Below are positions 13,171 to 27,713 of a stretch of DNA of 64,000 bases, piece by piece. Below the pieces are notes generated by a model that was not told the DNA's origin, did not search any database, and saw nothing but the letters and a program-made list of their open reading frames with translations. The stretch comes from Girardia tigrina (Eukaryota), in NCBI GenBank assembly GCA_001938485.1, contig MQRK01210222.1, forward strand, positions 1 through 64,000. Direction: 5' to 3'. Positions within the stretch are counted from its first letter, which is position 1. Every line of letters starts with the position of its first letter. Both the position numbers and the translations under genes were made by a program.

Positions 13171-14705
13171 TTCATGATCAAATTCTAACTATTTGAATTT
13201 ATTGTAATTATGCCTTCAAATTTTCTACTAGCAAACCTTATATAAAAATATTGATTTTAAAATTATTTATTCCTGATATTTTGAGTTTTATTAATTATTT
13301 TTAAGTAAAGTATTTTTAAATGATCCTGCATTGAATAAAAATCTGAAAATTAATTTTAAATTTTATTTAATTTTTAATACTTAAACATAGATGTTCTTTT
13401 CTACATTATGAGTAATACATTAAAATATTTTAATTACCAAAAGTAAAGTTTTAATTATTTTTTAAAAAACTTTTTTATATCATAAAACAAAATGAATATG
13501 TAACATTGTTGCGGCATCGGAATGACGTTTCCCCGGGTCCTTGGTACATCCCCATTTATATTCATTAAAGTAATTAGCATAATTCAAAAATTCGTTAATT
13601 CCAAATTTTCCAGTCGTCGGTTCTTCAGAATTCGTTATTAAAATTTCAATTAAATTTATTTAATTAGAATTGGGTAAAAATCGTCATGAATAATAAATAA
13701 ACAGTAAAAACAAACATTATGGAATTTTCAGAAAAAAATTATTTTATTAAAATCAAAAACAGAAAACAAATGCCTAATCCATTTATTATATGATTTTCAT
13801 TTCATGTTTATTTAATTATTTATTTAAAATTATTAAAATTATTTTATTATTTTATTTTATTAAATTATTGTAATTTATTAATTATTTTAGTCTATTAAAA
13901 TTGTTTCACTACATTACGATCACAAAAAAAACATGTTGTATTAATGATGATAATGTTGATGTTTTGTTAAAAAAATTTTCTGGGCAAATGTTTTTAAAAA
14001 AAAGGTTTATATGTCAGTGTAAAGTCTTGCTATGTTTCTTCTACCTATGTTAGGAATGACTAACGTAAAACGTGGCCCTCAAGTTTGTAACTGTTTGATA
14101 AAAACGAAAATCTATTTTTCGGTTTTACATTAAATGAAATAATTAATATTAGTGAAAAAGTAGTCAATGCGACAGAAAATAAGTAAAACATTGCGCAAAC
14201 ATATCTTTTTCCTCGTTTTTATAAATTACAAATTTCCATCACTGTATTTACTGTTGATAATTTGTACTCGGCATAAAATGATGACTAAGAGATGTTTAGA
14301 AATGTTTCCTGTTATACCTTTTATTAACTCTTCCAACCTCTAAACGAAATTTTCCCTTCTTTCTATATACTTGCTTTCTAGTCATCTTGTCACGTGTCCA
14401 GCCTCCTTTTGCAATTTTAACCCACTTCACATGATGTCATGTTGCTGAAATTACTTTACTTTACTTTTTTTCAGGTTAGTTGCATTTTGCTATAACGTAT
14501 CGATTGAATGATCATTCCAAATCCTCTGTCATCACTCGATCAAACAAAAATTAACAAAACAAATTATATCACACCTTTCGATAAAAGTCGACAAATGAAA
14601 ATACGTTTTTAGTGCACTTAATAGAAAGAAGGGTTTTCAAATTTTTTTTTAAATTTGTTATTAGTTTTATTTAATATATTACTGCCCTTCAAATGATTCC
14701 ATCTA

Positions 14706-15973
14706 TTGGGTTGTTCGGAAAGTCATTTCGTTTTTTTAATACTTGTTTTGAATGTATTTTTTTATATTAATATTCATTAATAATCATTGACTATATTATT
14801 TATTTTAGCAGTTGGTAATTAAGGTTAGATTTGGAAAATTTTGGAATAATTAAAAACATTTATATTTGATTTTTGACCTATCAAAGATGGAAAGCAAGAA
14901 TCAGCATTTACGGCATGTATTACTTTTTTACTTCCGAAAAGGTAAAAATGCTGTACAAGCAAGAAGAAAATTATGCGAAGTGTATGGAGAAGATGTGTTG
15001 ACAGAACGACAATGCCAAAACTGGTTTAAAAAATTTAGATCCGGAAATTTTGATGTTGAAGATTCTTCACGTTCCGGAAGGCCCATTGAGGCCGACGAAG
15101 ACATAATAAAGGCAATAATTGATTCAAACCGGCGAGTAACAACTCGCAAAATTGCCCAGACATTACATTTATCTAATTAGACCGTCCATGATCATTTGAA
15201 GCGCCAAAGTTTTACATCAACACTCGACACATGAATTCATCATTTTTTTACCGAACGAAATTTATGCTATTGTTTAGACATCTGCGATATGCTTCTCAAA
15301 CGTCAAGAAAATGATCAATTTTTGAAGCGCATCGTCACTGGAGATGAGAAATGGCTAGTCTACAATAATGTAAAACGCAAGAGATCTTGGAGTAAAAAAG
15401 ATCAACCTGCTCAAAGCACTTCGAAAGCTGACATTCATCAAAAAAGAGTGATGCTTTCGGTATGGTAGGATTTCAAAGGAATCGTATTTTATGAGCTTCT
15501 TCCGGACAAAACTAACATCGGTTCAAACATCTACTGTCATCAGCTGGACAAATTAAATGAATCCCTTAAACACAAAAGGCCAGAATTGATCAATAGAAAA
15601 GGTGTAGTGTTTCACCAAGACAATGCCAGACCTCATATAAGTTTGGTAACTCACCAAAAGCTTTTACAGCTTGGATGGAACATGATGCTTCACTCACCAT
15701 AACCTTCTGATTATCATTTGTTCCGGTCTATACAAAATTATTTAGATGGTAACACTTTTGGATAGAATGAAGATGTTAAAAATCATCTGGAAAAGTTTTT
15801 TAGCAACAAAGAACAAATATTTTATGAACGTGAAATCATGTCACTGCCAGGAAGATAGAAGAAGGTATTGGACTACTATTGTCAATATGTATTTTAATAA
15901 AGTATTTATTGGTCATAAAAATTTGTCTTTTACTTTAATACAAAAAAACGAAATGAATTTCCGAACAAACCAA
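14706..15973 (+). mobile_element. Full-length mariner (mellifera-like), pseudogenised
   Basis: TIRs TTGGGTTGTTCGGAAAGTCATTTCG, TA TSD; transposase from 14887 with many stops; TGDEKW, HQDNARPH. Confidence 0.95.
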
Positions 15974-16544
15974 TATATGTATTTAATGTATATTGAAGCA
16001 TGGGTTACTATTCCAATAAAATACTATAATTTCAAAGTTTTGGTTTCTTAAGAACTTTAAAAAAGAATTTTCTTTTAAGGTGGACTCTTTCACCAATAGC
16101 TACATAGGGCTAAGCTTAAGTGGCTAGGAAATCTATTGTTGAAGAGATTGATAAGTTCTATAATCACTAAGAATTTATTGTTTCTCTTCTTGCTTCTTTT
16201 GTTTCGTTTTCTTCGAATTTAAGATGTTCCGATTTAGCGAAAATCGATTTTTTACATCAAGCATTTCCCTTTTCTTATTTCATAAATCAAAGTAAAGCAA
16301 GTAGATCACATTCAACAATCTTCGATCTTTCATATTTGCATTCTTGGATTGCAGAAAAATGGAAATATTTTCTTTTGTAATAGATGTTTCAATACATTTA
16401 ATAATTTTTTACAGCTTTTCAATCTTCATTCAAACTGTTTTTTCCTAATTATATTTCGTTGGTAATATCCTTTGCAACATTATGATTTTAAAAAATACCA
16501 AACCTTGTGAGCTTATTACTTTTAGAATATCGTCATCGTCGTCA

Positions 16545-16545
16545 A

Positions 16546-16592
<47 letters not shown>
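16545..16592. repeat. (ATT)n microsatellite
   Basis: Direct observation. Confidence 0.95.
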
Positions 16593-16594
<2 letters not shown>

Positions 16595-17192
16595 GTCTTT
16601 GTAATCTATTTCGTTTTCGGTGCCATAATCGACTTCTTCTATAGCGCGTTCTTCTACCGTAATTTTTTTTGGTAGGCAAATTTTATTTATTTCTCTCAAA
16701 TAAATCCATAAAAAACATTACCTGAATTTTTATTCATTATAAAATAATAAAATAACCAGTGAAAACTGTTTTCATTCTTCATATTCATAGTTTTTAAAAT
16801 TTATATAATTTAATTTAATTTATTTTCAGTCGATTTATTATTTAAATATAAGAAAATCCTTAAATTTATTAAAGATTATTTATATCTTTCTAAAACTAAT
16901 TTCTAATTAATTATTTTTTCTTTCAATATATTTTCTTTATTATTTTAAAAAAAATGATTAATGAAACTTAATACCGATAAATAACAAAATAATTCATATT
17001 TTATTATATAAAATAATAATAATGACAATTATTTTTAATTGACATTTTTTTGTTTAAAATGAATAAAGTTTCCTGTTTTAATGATTTAAGTTTCTCGTGA
17101 TAAAAAGAATAAATCGTTAATTATTAATAGACATTTAAAAATAAATGTTTAAATATTATATTTATTTTCATGTGTCTATCTTTCAATTTTAG

Positions 17193-17668
17193 TATACCGG
17201 CTCCAGAATCACGACAACAATTATATGCAACTTATGACCAACACCGCTACAAGTCGTTGTCAAACCTATACTCCTATAAATTTATACTCATCGAACACGA
17301 GTAAATTACCCTCGAATTCCTCTAATTTTCTCAATCTTCATCAACCGAATAATTTCGAACAAACCATGTTCAACTATGATTTAAATTCTCCCAACACGAC
17401 GACATCCAATTCTGTTTTACCTTTTGGAAAAGAAGAGAAAACTGATAGTTTAGTTAAATCAAAAAACAAGTCAAAAACTATTTCATCTATTCTCAAGACT
17501 AATACGAAGTCCTCTTATCTTAAATCCCATAGTTTGTCTTCAATAGATTCAAACAGTCTCGACCGAGCATCGAAACCCCTCGTTGACAATAAATATCAGC
17601 TTTCAAAAGACATATCTCAAAATCAGTCGAAACTTAATGAAAAGTACATCAGTTCGAGTTTCGTTTAA
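17193..17668 (+). CDS. Putative terminal exon of host gene; Ser/Asn-rich tail ending ISSSFV*
   Basis: TTTTAG acceptor, about 158 open codons, higher GC than flanks, AATAAA downstream (about 17709 and 17871), class I PDZ-binding motif. Confidence 0.65.
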
Positions 17669-18299
17669 ACAGTTCAAAACTGATTTCTCCTCTTCTGTTT
17701 TTTTGTGAAAATAAAGTTTGTACGTGATAAATAATTTATCTAAATGAAAAAAAGAATTTATTTTCCAATTTATAAAACTAGTAATTGTTTAGAAATTACA
17801 ACAAGCATTTATTATTTGTTGTGACAATGGCAAAAAGACTTTTGTATTTTTAAAAAAAAACTTCAAATTTAATAAAAATATTGTAAAGAAAAAACGTTTT
17901 TTTATCTTCTTCTTCACTTCAATAAATTGTTTCACCGATTTTTGTAATGATTTTGTTAAGTGTTGCACAGATTTTTCTGCTCATTTTCTTGATTTTCATT
18001 TTCATTTATTTGTAATTACAAATACATTTATTCGTTTTAATATTTTTTTATACGAAATTTATTCTTAAAATAAAAATTTTTGACTACTAATGTTGAATAA
18101 TAACCAGAAATTAATTTTCAATAAACCCTAAAACCAAGACCATATCCTTGTTGATAAATAAAATATTATGATCATTTATTAAATTTTACTTTGTGTTTTA
18201 CGTATATTAAGCCTCCCCCAACTTAACGGATAACTATGAATTGGCGTACAGGGTAGTGAGTCATATACTCTGTATCGGATAGAAACCAAAACTAGACAA

Positions 18300-18920
18300 T
18301 ACAGAGCCTAGTGACTTTCTCGGGCGGCTTTAGATGCAATAAGTATATTAAATCTTTTATTCAATTCTGCCTCTATATTATTCTTGAAGAAACAATTGAA
18401 AGTGATGTGAATTGGGTGCACAAAATTTTAAGGACTGATCTGTCTAAGTACCCATGTCATTAATAAACCATTTAAAGTATGGATTGACCAGAATCCTCGC
18501 CTATTTCATCCATCATTCTTATATTCTCTTAGAATTACTGTTAAATGTTGTTCCACAAGCACTTAATTTTTATTTTCGATGGCTAAATAAATTAATCGGA
18601 CTAAAATCCTTATGAATTGTGACTTTGGGGATTCTGATCAATCTATGCACCTCATGCTACGACACATTATGAACTCAAAGTTATTTATTAGTGACTGAAT
18701 TGCTCAGAAAATCATTGATATTCTTCGAAACGGTACAGCTAATTTTGCTGATAGAATAATATTATGTGAAGCTCATATTGGTTCACATATTGAAACTTAT
18801 ATGTAACGTTTTTAATTAAAACTGAATGTATTTCGTGGTACCTATCAATATTTTTTATTAATTAATTGTCTAACATTCACAGATATTTTATAAAATCTTC
18901 CCAACATGATGAGTGAGTTA
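18300..18920 (-). mobile_element. Decayed CR1/L2-like LINE RT C-terminal fragment
   Basis: ACGTTFNSNSKRI and HIILSAKLA-like remnants. Confidence 0.3.
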
Positions 18921-19319
18921 AATGCATCTATGTTTATACACAATTTAGCATTTATATTTTTTTTGATCTCAATGAGGATTGTAAAACGAACAATGGGCGC
19001 ATGGTCAAATATTTTATCTATTAGTCAATTGTTGTTTTTAAAAAAAAGGAAAAAGAGCTAAATGGTAATTTAGTTTAGAAAATTATAATTATTCAATAAA
19101 ATAACAAATAAACGGAGGGATGAAAAAAATATGGAAACACAGGAAAAATGTCCCTTGAGATTTTTAGAATAAAATCAATTGTGGTAACATATTCAATTCG
19201 TATGATAAATTCATGAAGATAAAATTATTTATAATACTTTGATTCCAAAGTCCTTAGAGAAAATTGGTAAACATAGTTTTTTTTGTTGTTAAAAGTTGTT
19301 TAATGAATAGTTTTGGTGA

Positions 19320-21050
19320 TATGGTATTGTTTCGGAATCTTCTTTCTTTTTGACCATAGCCATTAGGTCCTGGGTGCACCTAATTATAAACAAGCATTCA
19401 CCACATCTCTCTATTTGAAGCTTCGTTCCTCAGAAATTCCATACTCAATCCACTCCATTCTTTTTAATCGTCTATCCATTGCCTCTTTGGTCTTTCTCCT
19501 TCCACTCTTCTCTCAATCATAACCTTTGCTAGTGCTTGTTTTCTTATGTGATGTCCGTAGAATTTCAGCTTATTTTTCTTGATGGTCTCTTCTATTGATT
19601 CCGGTTTTTTACCTAGTATTTTTATCACTCTCCTATAGACAAAGTCGTTTGTCTTCTTTTCTTTCCACGTGATTATCATCATTCTCCTGTAGCACTTTAT
19701 TTTAGACGCTTTAAGTCTATTCATGATCTTCTGGTTTATTGTCCAACTCTCGCATCCTTAGAGGAGTGTTGCCCAGACAATAGCCTTATTGATCTTTATT
19801 TTGCTCTTGAGATAGATTTCTTTGAGGTTAAACACTGTGCTAAGTTTAATCATTGTGCTTGTAGCAATATCAATCCGGTTTCTAATTTCTTCTTCGCTTT
19901 CCCCGTTCTCTGTGATAGTAGAGCCTAAGTATTTGAAACTCTTACCTTGTTCCAGCTTCTCTCCTTCAATGTCAATCTCCAGTTTAACCTCGTTGTTATG
20001 GTTTCCTGAAACCATTATTTTGCTTTTTTGTCTGTTGATTTCCATTAAAATTTCTTTGACGCTTGTATAATCTATTCATAAGTTACTGAATTTCTGCCTC
20101 ATCTTAATCGATTAGATCTATGTCGTCAGCAAATTGTAGGTTGGTTATTCTTGTTCCTCCGCAACTTATTCTAACATCGTCTAGATCGTCTATTGCCTCA
20201 ATAACAATTCTCTCATGGAAAAGGTTGAACAGTGTTGGTGAAAGAATACAACCTTGTCTTACTCCTACTCATGATTGAAACCAGTCGCTAAATTGGTAAC
20301 TTATCAACACTTTTGTCTTTGCGTCTTCGTAAAGGCTCTTAATAATTTTCGTAATCCGTTTTCTATGTTGTGTTTATTCATAGTGTACCATAGTGCTTTG
20401 TGCCACACCCTGTCAAAAGTTCTTTTGAAATCTATAAAGTTATGACAAATTATTCTTTTGTGGTTTCTGGTTTTTTCAAAAATCAGTCTTAGGTTGATTA
20501 TCTGCTCCGTAGTGCTGCGGTCCCTTCTGAGGCCTGCCTGCAAATCGCTAAGAACTTGTTCCACTTTCAGTTGTGCTAAAATTACAAAAATGATCTTTGA
20601 TGCGTGACTGATCAAACTAATTGTTCTAAAGTCTCGGCACTTTTTACTATTTGCTTTCTTTGGTATAGGAATGAGGATAGGATTCAGTCCATTGTGAGGG
20701 CCAAACTCCACTACTTAAAATTTTGTTACATATTGCTTGAAGAATGGTCACTGTATTTTTACCTCCATTCTCAATTAGTTCCACGCTGAAGTTATCCATT
20801 CCTCGGTTTTTGTTCCTCTTCAAACCTTTTATGGCAGCCTCTACTTTTGATCTTAAAATTTCGCATTTGTGATTTTCGTCATCTCCCTTTGTTTCCACAT
20901 CTTCAGAGATAACGCTCCTGTTGACATATGCTTTAAATTTGTATAGTTCACTACAGTAATCTTTCCATCTTTGAGCAATCTCTGTACTTTTTGTAAGTAC
21001 GTTTCCATCTTGATATAGACACAAATGGCTTCTTTGAGAATTGCACTGGA
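19320..21050 (-). mobile_element. RTE-clade non-LTR retrotransposon, 5'-truncated and decayed
   Basis: IPIPKK..CRDFRTISLISHASKI, FIDFKRTFDRV, GVRQG, LQFADD, FKYLGS, C-terminal RPKRQWIDD. Confidence 0.92.
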
Positions 21051-21652
21051 CATTGCGGACACTCTGTACATAAGGACTAATGTAAAAATAAAATACTGAA
21101 AGAGAAATATAATAGTTAGTGTTAACTCGAGGTTCAAACATAATAGTTATTTAGCTTTGTACACTTTTCTTTGTGGATTCATTGCATTATATCATTTTAT
21201 GTACAATTTTCATTACATATATTTTATTTTATTTTACTCCCTCCAATCTTAAAAGAAAGATTAACTGTCAAATAATCAAAGAAAAAGAGACGGAAAGAAC
21301 AAGATCGAGACGCTAAAAATCCACCCTCCAGTCAACTATAATAAATACAACAGAAATAATAATAATTAAAAAAGTCCAATAAACGATCAATAAAAAATTG
21401 GGAATTATCGTCTGATAATTATCGCCTTAGCAATATCAAAAAAGAGGAATTTTGGTGTAAACGAAACATTCAGAACCACAATCAAAAGATCGATTCTTTA
21501 GCCTCTCATATCAATTTTAAATAACAAGTATCTGATTATTGCAAATCCCATTTATTTATTTCCTGCTAAAAAAACAGTTATTTGAAAATCCCGTCAAGTT
21601 TCACATATTGTGAATACAACAAACCTTTCTATACCAAACTGTCTATTAAACA

Positions 21653-22091
21653 TGTGAGGAATATTTTGAATGGTTGATGTTTTGTGTTTGAATGTGTATG
21701 CTGATTTGGAATTGTGTCTCTCCTACCCAGATGACTGATTAATATTTGAATTCTTATTATCTAAAAATATGCAATGTTTAAATTTATTTTTAATTTCAAA
21801 TAATTTTAAAATTTTAAATAAGTTTATTAATTTTTATAATATTTAATAAATAAATCAAATTAATATTTTTAAATAATTAATTATCATTTTAATTATTATC
21901 CAATAAGTTTTGAATGGATATTTTATTAAAATATTTATTTTTCATTTGTTAAAAAAATAATGAGAATTAATTCATTAATCAATTTCGCTTTCAATACAAA
22001 TGTACGAAAGTTTTGACAAAGATTGTCTTAAGGACAATCAAAATTGTTGTTTAAATAAAAATATAAAAAAGTCAAATTGGTGTTCTTAATA
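21653..22091 (+). mobile_element. Solo LTR-like repeat (TG...TA)
   Basis: Starts TGTGAGGAATATT, ends GTTCTTAATA; 5-bp TSD AAACA; homologous to 63114-63472. Confidence 0.75.
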
Positions 22092-23150
22092 AAACACATT
22101 TTTTGGAAGTAACTTTATTTTTCAAAACGATCTGTTATACGTTGCATCTCTTTGTTATATATCATTAAAAAACGGTTAGACACATTTTGTTTAACTATTT
22201 CACTTGTTTATAATTTTTCTTGGTTGAATCACTGTATAAGCTGTATAAGGTTGAATCACGTTCCAACAGTTAGAATAAAAGGTTACCATGAAATTTTAAT
22301 AAGCATTACATTTATGATACGACATATTTCCTTAATAATTTTCAAATTGTTTCTTAAAATAAATGATTTAATTATCAAAAGTCGTAAATATTTCTTACTT
22401 TTATCTAATTTCAACTTTCTTTCTATTCTATAATTGTCGTCGTTATTTGCCGCTGATCGATCTGAAAGGTTGAATAAGTCTAAAGAAACTTTAATGTTTC
22501 AATTCAGTTTTGTTTCCCATTGACAGAGAAACAAATAATTTGAATAAATTAATATATAATTCTTCTATATGCATTGGAAGGAAAATGTGTGATACATATT
22601 TAATGAATAATTGTTTCTAATTATTTTTGAATGTATAGTTTTTTATTCATAAAAGTTTCAATCATTTAACAAATGAACAATAAATAGTCTAATTCAAAAA
22701 GTAATTGTAAATAATATTTGATTTTCTAAAATAAAAAAAATCAAATAAATATAATTATGTAAATAATTACATTCCCGGGGTTAAAGATTGTGTCGTTAAT
22801 TCGGAAAGCAAATAGCCGTTTAGGTAAATCAGTATTATTTGGTACTAAGACCAAATGTGTAACCTTCTTCCTCAATTAACATTCATTGTAGAAATTGTTT
22901 CTCTCGTTCAATATCAATTATAAAAACTTTATCTTCAAAAAAATTTTGCTTTTGAAATCAAATAGATATATTAGACTTTTCAATTTGTGTTTTTACCTTT
23001 AAATTAATTAATAGATTATTGATTTGCCGAGTGATATGCCTACCACATCTAACCATTGCCATGTCTCATCTTAAGAATGAGGATTTTTATAAAGAGCAAA
23101 ATAAATGAATTTAAGTAATTAAAACATTTTACGTGTTTTTAAATTAATTG

Positions 23151-23850
23151 TATTAAGAACATTGAGTTAATTCTCCTTAGAATTTTTATTACAATCACAT
23201 TTAGAGTCATTATGACTCTCAGAAGATCTTTCATCGTTTGCCATCGTTCTAATTGGTTTTCTTATTTCTGTTTTTAATCATGATTATTCGAACATTTTTT
23301 CTAAGTCATTTTTTAAAATATTTAACTTCTGAAAAATATTAATTAAAAATAATAATTAATAAATTATTATTTGGGTTATTTTATGTTATATTTTTTAATT
23401 TATAAAAATAATCAGATAAAATATAATTGTAAATTATTTTTTTTACTTTATAAATTATATTAAATACTAATTAAATTCGAAATATAATATTCGAACATTT
23501 TTTCTAAGTCATTTTTTAAAATATTTAACTTCTTAAAAATATTAATTAAAATTAATAATTTTAACCATTTCTTAATAAAACCCAAAATAATAAAAATGTT
23601 ATCAAATTATTAAAAATGCATTTAATTTAAATTTTAATAAAAATATTAAATTAATTTTAATGGTAAAATTAAAAATATGAACTTATCAAATTATTATTTT
23701 AATTATGTTGGAATATTCAATCACTTTAAATTTTAAAAAAATGCCAATTTCCATCTGGGTGGGAGAATCACCATTCTAAATTCAGCATACTTAAATCAAC
23801 ATACAGCATCCATACATTTACACATTCAAACAATTTAAAATATTCCTACA
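23151..23850 (-). mobile_element. Solo LTR-like repeat with internal duplication/insertion
   Basis: Inverted homolog of 56838-57337; flanks AATTG/AATTT. Confidence 0.75.
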
Positions 23851-25319
23851 AATTTCAAATATTATTAATGTCTCTGTTTGTAAGTGTTATATATTAATTA
23901 TATAATAAAAATGAATTAAATTATTCTTCCAAAGTCTTGTCCATGGAGGAATTGAAATCAAGTGTGGTACAAGATGCAGAAAAATTTGTAAATTTATAAT
24001 TATCAGTTTATTAATTATAAGTTTATAATTATCATAAGTCAAATAAAATTTAAAAGAATTTTTGAAGTTTGTTAAATTTTTACATGAAAAATATTTTCAA
24101 ATAATTTTAAATTATAATGCACATTATTAGTTTTAATAATTAAGTCATTGAATAAGATATAAATTTTCATAAGGCCAAAGTAAATTTTTTTATGAAAAGT
24201 TACAATAAATATTTATTTCGCTCTTGAAAAAAATGAAAAGGCTTTTGAATATGAGCATCATTTACCGCTGCAGCCTCATTATTTGTTATTGAAGAGTATT
24301 TTAGACACTCTTTCCCGACAAATTTGAAATAAATAATGAAAATAATATATTTTATATAAAATTAATAAACTTTGGTCACGTTTACGACTTCATTTTTCAC
24401 AAAATATTAATTTAATAAAATATAATATATTATAATTTATTTCTGTTAATAAATTATTATTTGGGTTATTTTATGTTATATTTTTTAATTTATAAAAATA
24501 ATCAGATAAAATATAATTGTAAATTATTTTTTTTACTTTATAAATTATATTAAATACTAATTAAATATTCATAAGTCTCAGAGTCAGATAATTTGTAAAT
24601 TATTTATTTGTTCTATCAACTTCGCTAAAACGTTTTTCTTTGTATATATTCATTTCAACTTTTGTTTTAATCAATAAATAACAGTAAAACAAAATAAGTC
24701 TGATAAAAGACATTGAATTTTTGTAGGAAATTAACGTTGGTTTATTTGAAGTCATTGAAAATAACTATTGTAACACTGTCACTCCTTAGATTTAATTTTG
24801 TTATTTTTTTATAAATCTGAGAACAATCTTTTTTATCGAAGAGAATAAAATTTCATCTTTAAAAATATTTTTTATTTATTTCATATTGATGAAAAAGTTT
24901 CAAAGAATAAAAGGATTTAATAGTAAAATTTTGTTAGAAAGAAATATAATATTCAGAGGGAAAAATAAATATTCACTCCATTGTTGTCTAAAAGTGTATT
25001 ATGACATTCAGACAATCTCAAATTATTAAACTTTTATGTTTCTTCTAAATGGAGAGCAATGAAGCGAGATACCAATTCAATGTGACCTATTTTGGTCTAA
25101 TTTTCTCTTCAGTGTAATCTAAATCTATGTCCAATTGAGTCTAAATGTTATTTAAAACCGTCATGAAGGACAAATTGAGACAGAACCAGCTATACCAAAA
25201 TTATCTTTCTGTGAAAAATACTTGTTCATACCTAATTACAGGAAATTATGAAACAAAAAATGAAAGAAAACTTTAAATGTAACTTAAGTAAATCATTCAA
25301 AAATTATATGCTTTCATTT

Positions 25320-25742
25320 TTAAACTAGTAAATCAAAAAAAATATTTTACATCCATTCTTTATGCGGGCAGAGCTCTACTTGGTCAACAGAGTTTTTTGT
25401 TATCTTTTGTAGAAAGGAATAATTCATACAAAAAAAATTGGCAACTCCATTTTGCAATTAAATAGTTACTAATAACACAATAACTTTATTATGAAGAATG
25501 AAAGGAAAAAACCCAAAACATTTCTATTTAAAACATTTTTAATATTTGTGGATAATCGTAAAACGTTTATTGCCAAAAATTTATTTTGATTTAGTAGTAA
25601 GAACAAATTTGCATTTATTGTCATCGAGAATGAGTAAGTGTACAAAGTTTGCAGAAAATTGATTAAGTAAAAAACCATCAAAAATTTGTTTCTTAACTCC
25701 ATGGATGCATATAGATAGCAAGCTAATAAAAAGAATGAAAAA
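25320..25742. mobile_element. HINE-like repeat, copy 2
   Basis: Homologous to 11861-12860; subterminal inverted repeats CATTCTTT / AAAGAATG. Confidence 0.5.
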
Positions 25743-25950
25743 ATATGTTAATCCTTCATAATGAGCAATCATATAAATGACGGTAATCATAACTTTAAAC
25801 CACAGTTTTTATATAAACATAATTACTTACTCAACCGATGCAGCAAGTACTACTTTGATGATAACACAATTTAACAGATAAAAAATATTTTTGAAAAACT
25901 TTTAACATTTTTTTTATGAAAAGAAATGTACAAAAAATAAATTTCATGTT

Positions 25951-27124
25951 TGTGAGGGATAATTTGGAATGTTGTAAGTTTGTTGTTTGTATGCTGTTTA
26001 GATTTGTGACTCTCCTACTCAGATGGGATTGATATGTTATTTGATTAATTATTTGAATCTAATGAAATTAATTTAATGATATTAAATTAAAGTAATAATT
26101 AATTAAAGTTTGATAATTATGAATTTTAATAATATTTTCAGTAAACGATTTTAACTTATTAAATAAACTTATTTATTAACTTAAGTGGAATGTTGAATCA
26201 TAAGCATGGACTTATAGGTGTGTGAAGGACAGGCTCATTCTTAAAATTTTTGAAACAATTAATTTTTATAAAGAATTTCTAAAATAAGGAAATTTTTAAA
26301 ATTAAAAGTTTTCTAAGCAATTATCATTAAAAAATATATCTTAATTAATTTTAAAAAGTTATTTTCGGAAATAATCAAATTTTAGAGTAAAAACTTAAAA
26401 TGAAATTAATTTGGAAATAATAGATTTTTAAATAATTGATTTAAAAGAAATATATAAAGACAAGGATAATTACGTTTGTACTAATTTTAAACGTTATTCT
26501 AAAAAATAAAATAATGAACTTTGTTGCCAGAGATGTAAAGTAAAAAAACAGATAATTTTAAATTTTAAAGTCAGTTTGAAATTCTGCAAATTAAAGATTT
26601 GACAAATACTTAATTCTAAACAGTTTTCGTAAAAAAAATAAAAATTAAAACTTTTATCATAAATGTATCGTAATAATAATAAAAAATTGAATACTGTAAA
26701 TTATTTTTTTGTATTTAAATTGTATTTAAAATAATTGTAGGTAATAAAATGCTTTTAAACTGAAATATTGATAATAAATAAAACGTTAAAATCTTTTATT
26801 AATTAAAAACGTTTTTACAAATAAAAAAAATAACATTAAACTAATTCTAAAATAATAAAAATCATTTTTATAATTTAGTAAAAATATGATTTAAATTAAG
26901 TTGCATAAAATAGTGGAATGTAAATTTGCAAAATAAAGAGAATAAAAAATTTCAATTTTAAAATAGTTTATCAGTATTTATAATTCCATATTTTTATATA
27001 AAAATCTGGTCAAAAAGAAAACGAAGAAATGTTCCTTGACGAAAAATTGTTTGAATAATTGTTATTTGTGTTAGAAATAAAATTTGGTGTTAATGAATTA
27101 TAATTTCGATCAAGAACCCAACAA
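25951..27124 (+). mobile_element. Longer LTR-like repeat of the same motif family (right end uncertain)
   Basis: TGTGAGGG start, CTCCTACTCAGATGG motif, similar to 46098-47405; possible ...CCCAACA end; no TSD. Confidence 0.45.
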
Positions 27125-27713
27125 GGTGTATTACAGACACTTTATCACGCGAAATGTTAAAACTGTGTCACTTAATCAAGAAGGAAGCATACAAAGAGCA
27201 GAATGTCTTTAAGATTTAAGAGATGATGAAGAAAATTTTTTCTTCTGCAACTACGTTTATTATGAATTCAAGCAACTGACGTGTACAAATATTATATTCA
27301 ATGTCTTTTGAGTTTATTCCTGGTATTTATCCAGCTGCTATTTAGCATCTTGTTCAAAAGAAAATACATTCAGTTTATGATGACATTTCAGTTTTTGTAA
27401 AAAGATAATTAATGTTTCCAGATACAAAGCATTATATAATTATATAAATAATATACATTTAAATTAGTTTGAATCCGAGCAATAGAATTTTTATATGACC
27501 AATTATAGAATATTGTTTAATATTTACCGTGTTTCTCCAAAAATAAGACGTCCCCCATATAAGACGTAGTTCAAACTCGAAAGACTTTTTTGGGAAAATA
27601 AGGGGTTAGTTTAAATTTAAGTTTCACCAAAATAGTTTATTATTTTTTAATTTGAAAATTTCAAAGAAATAAATTAAAAAAACTAAAATGTAGAGTAAAA
27701 ATATGATAAAATA

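Noticed and set aside
16445-16699. Poly-Asn ORF as a gene
   Set aside because: Driven by the (ATT)n repeat; stops downstream; no recognisable domain
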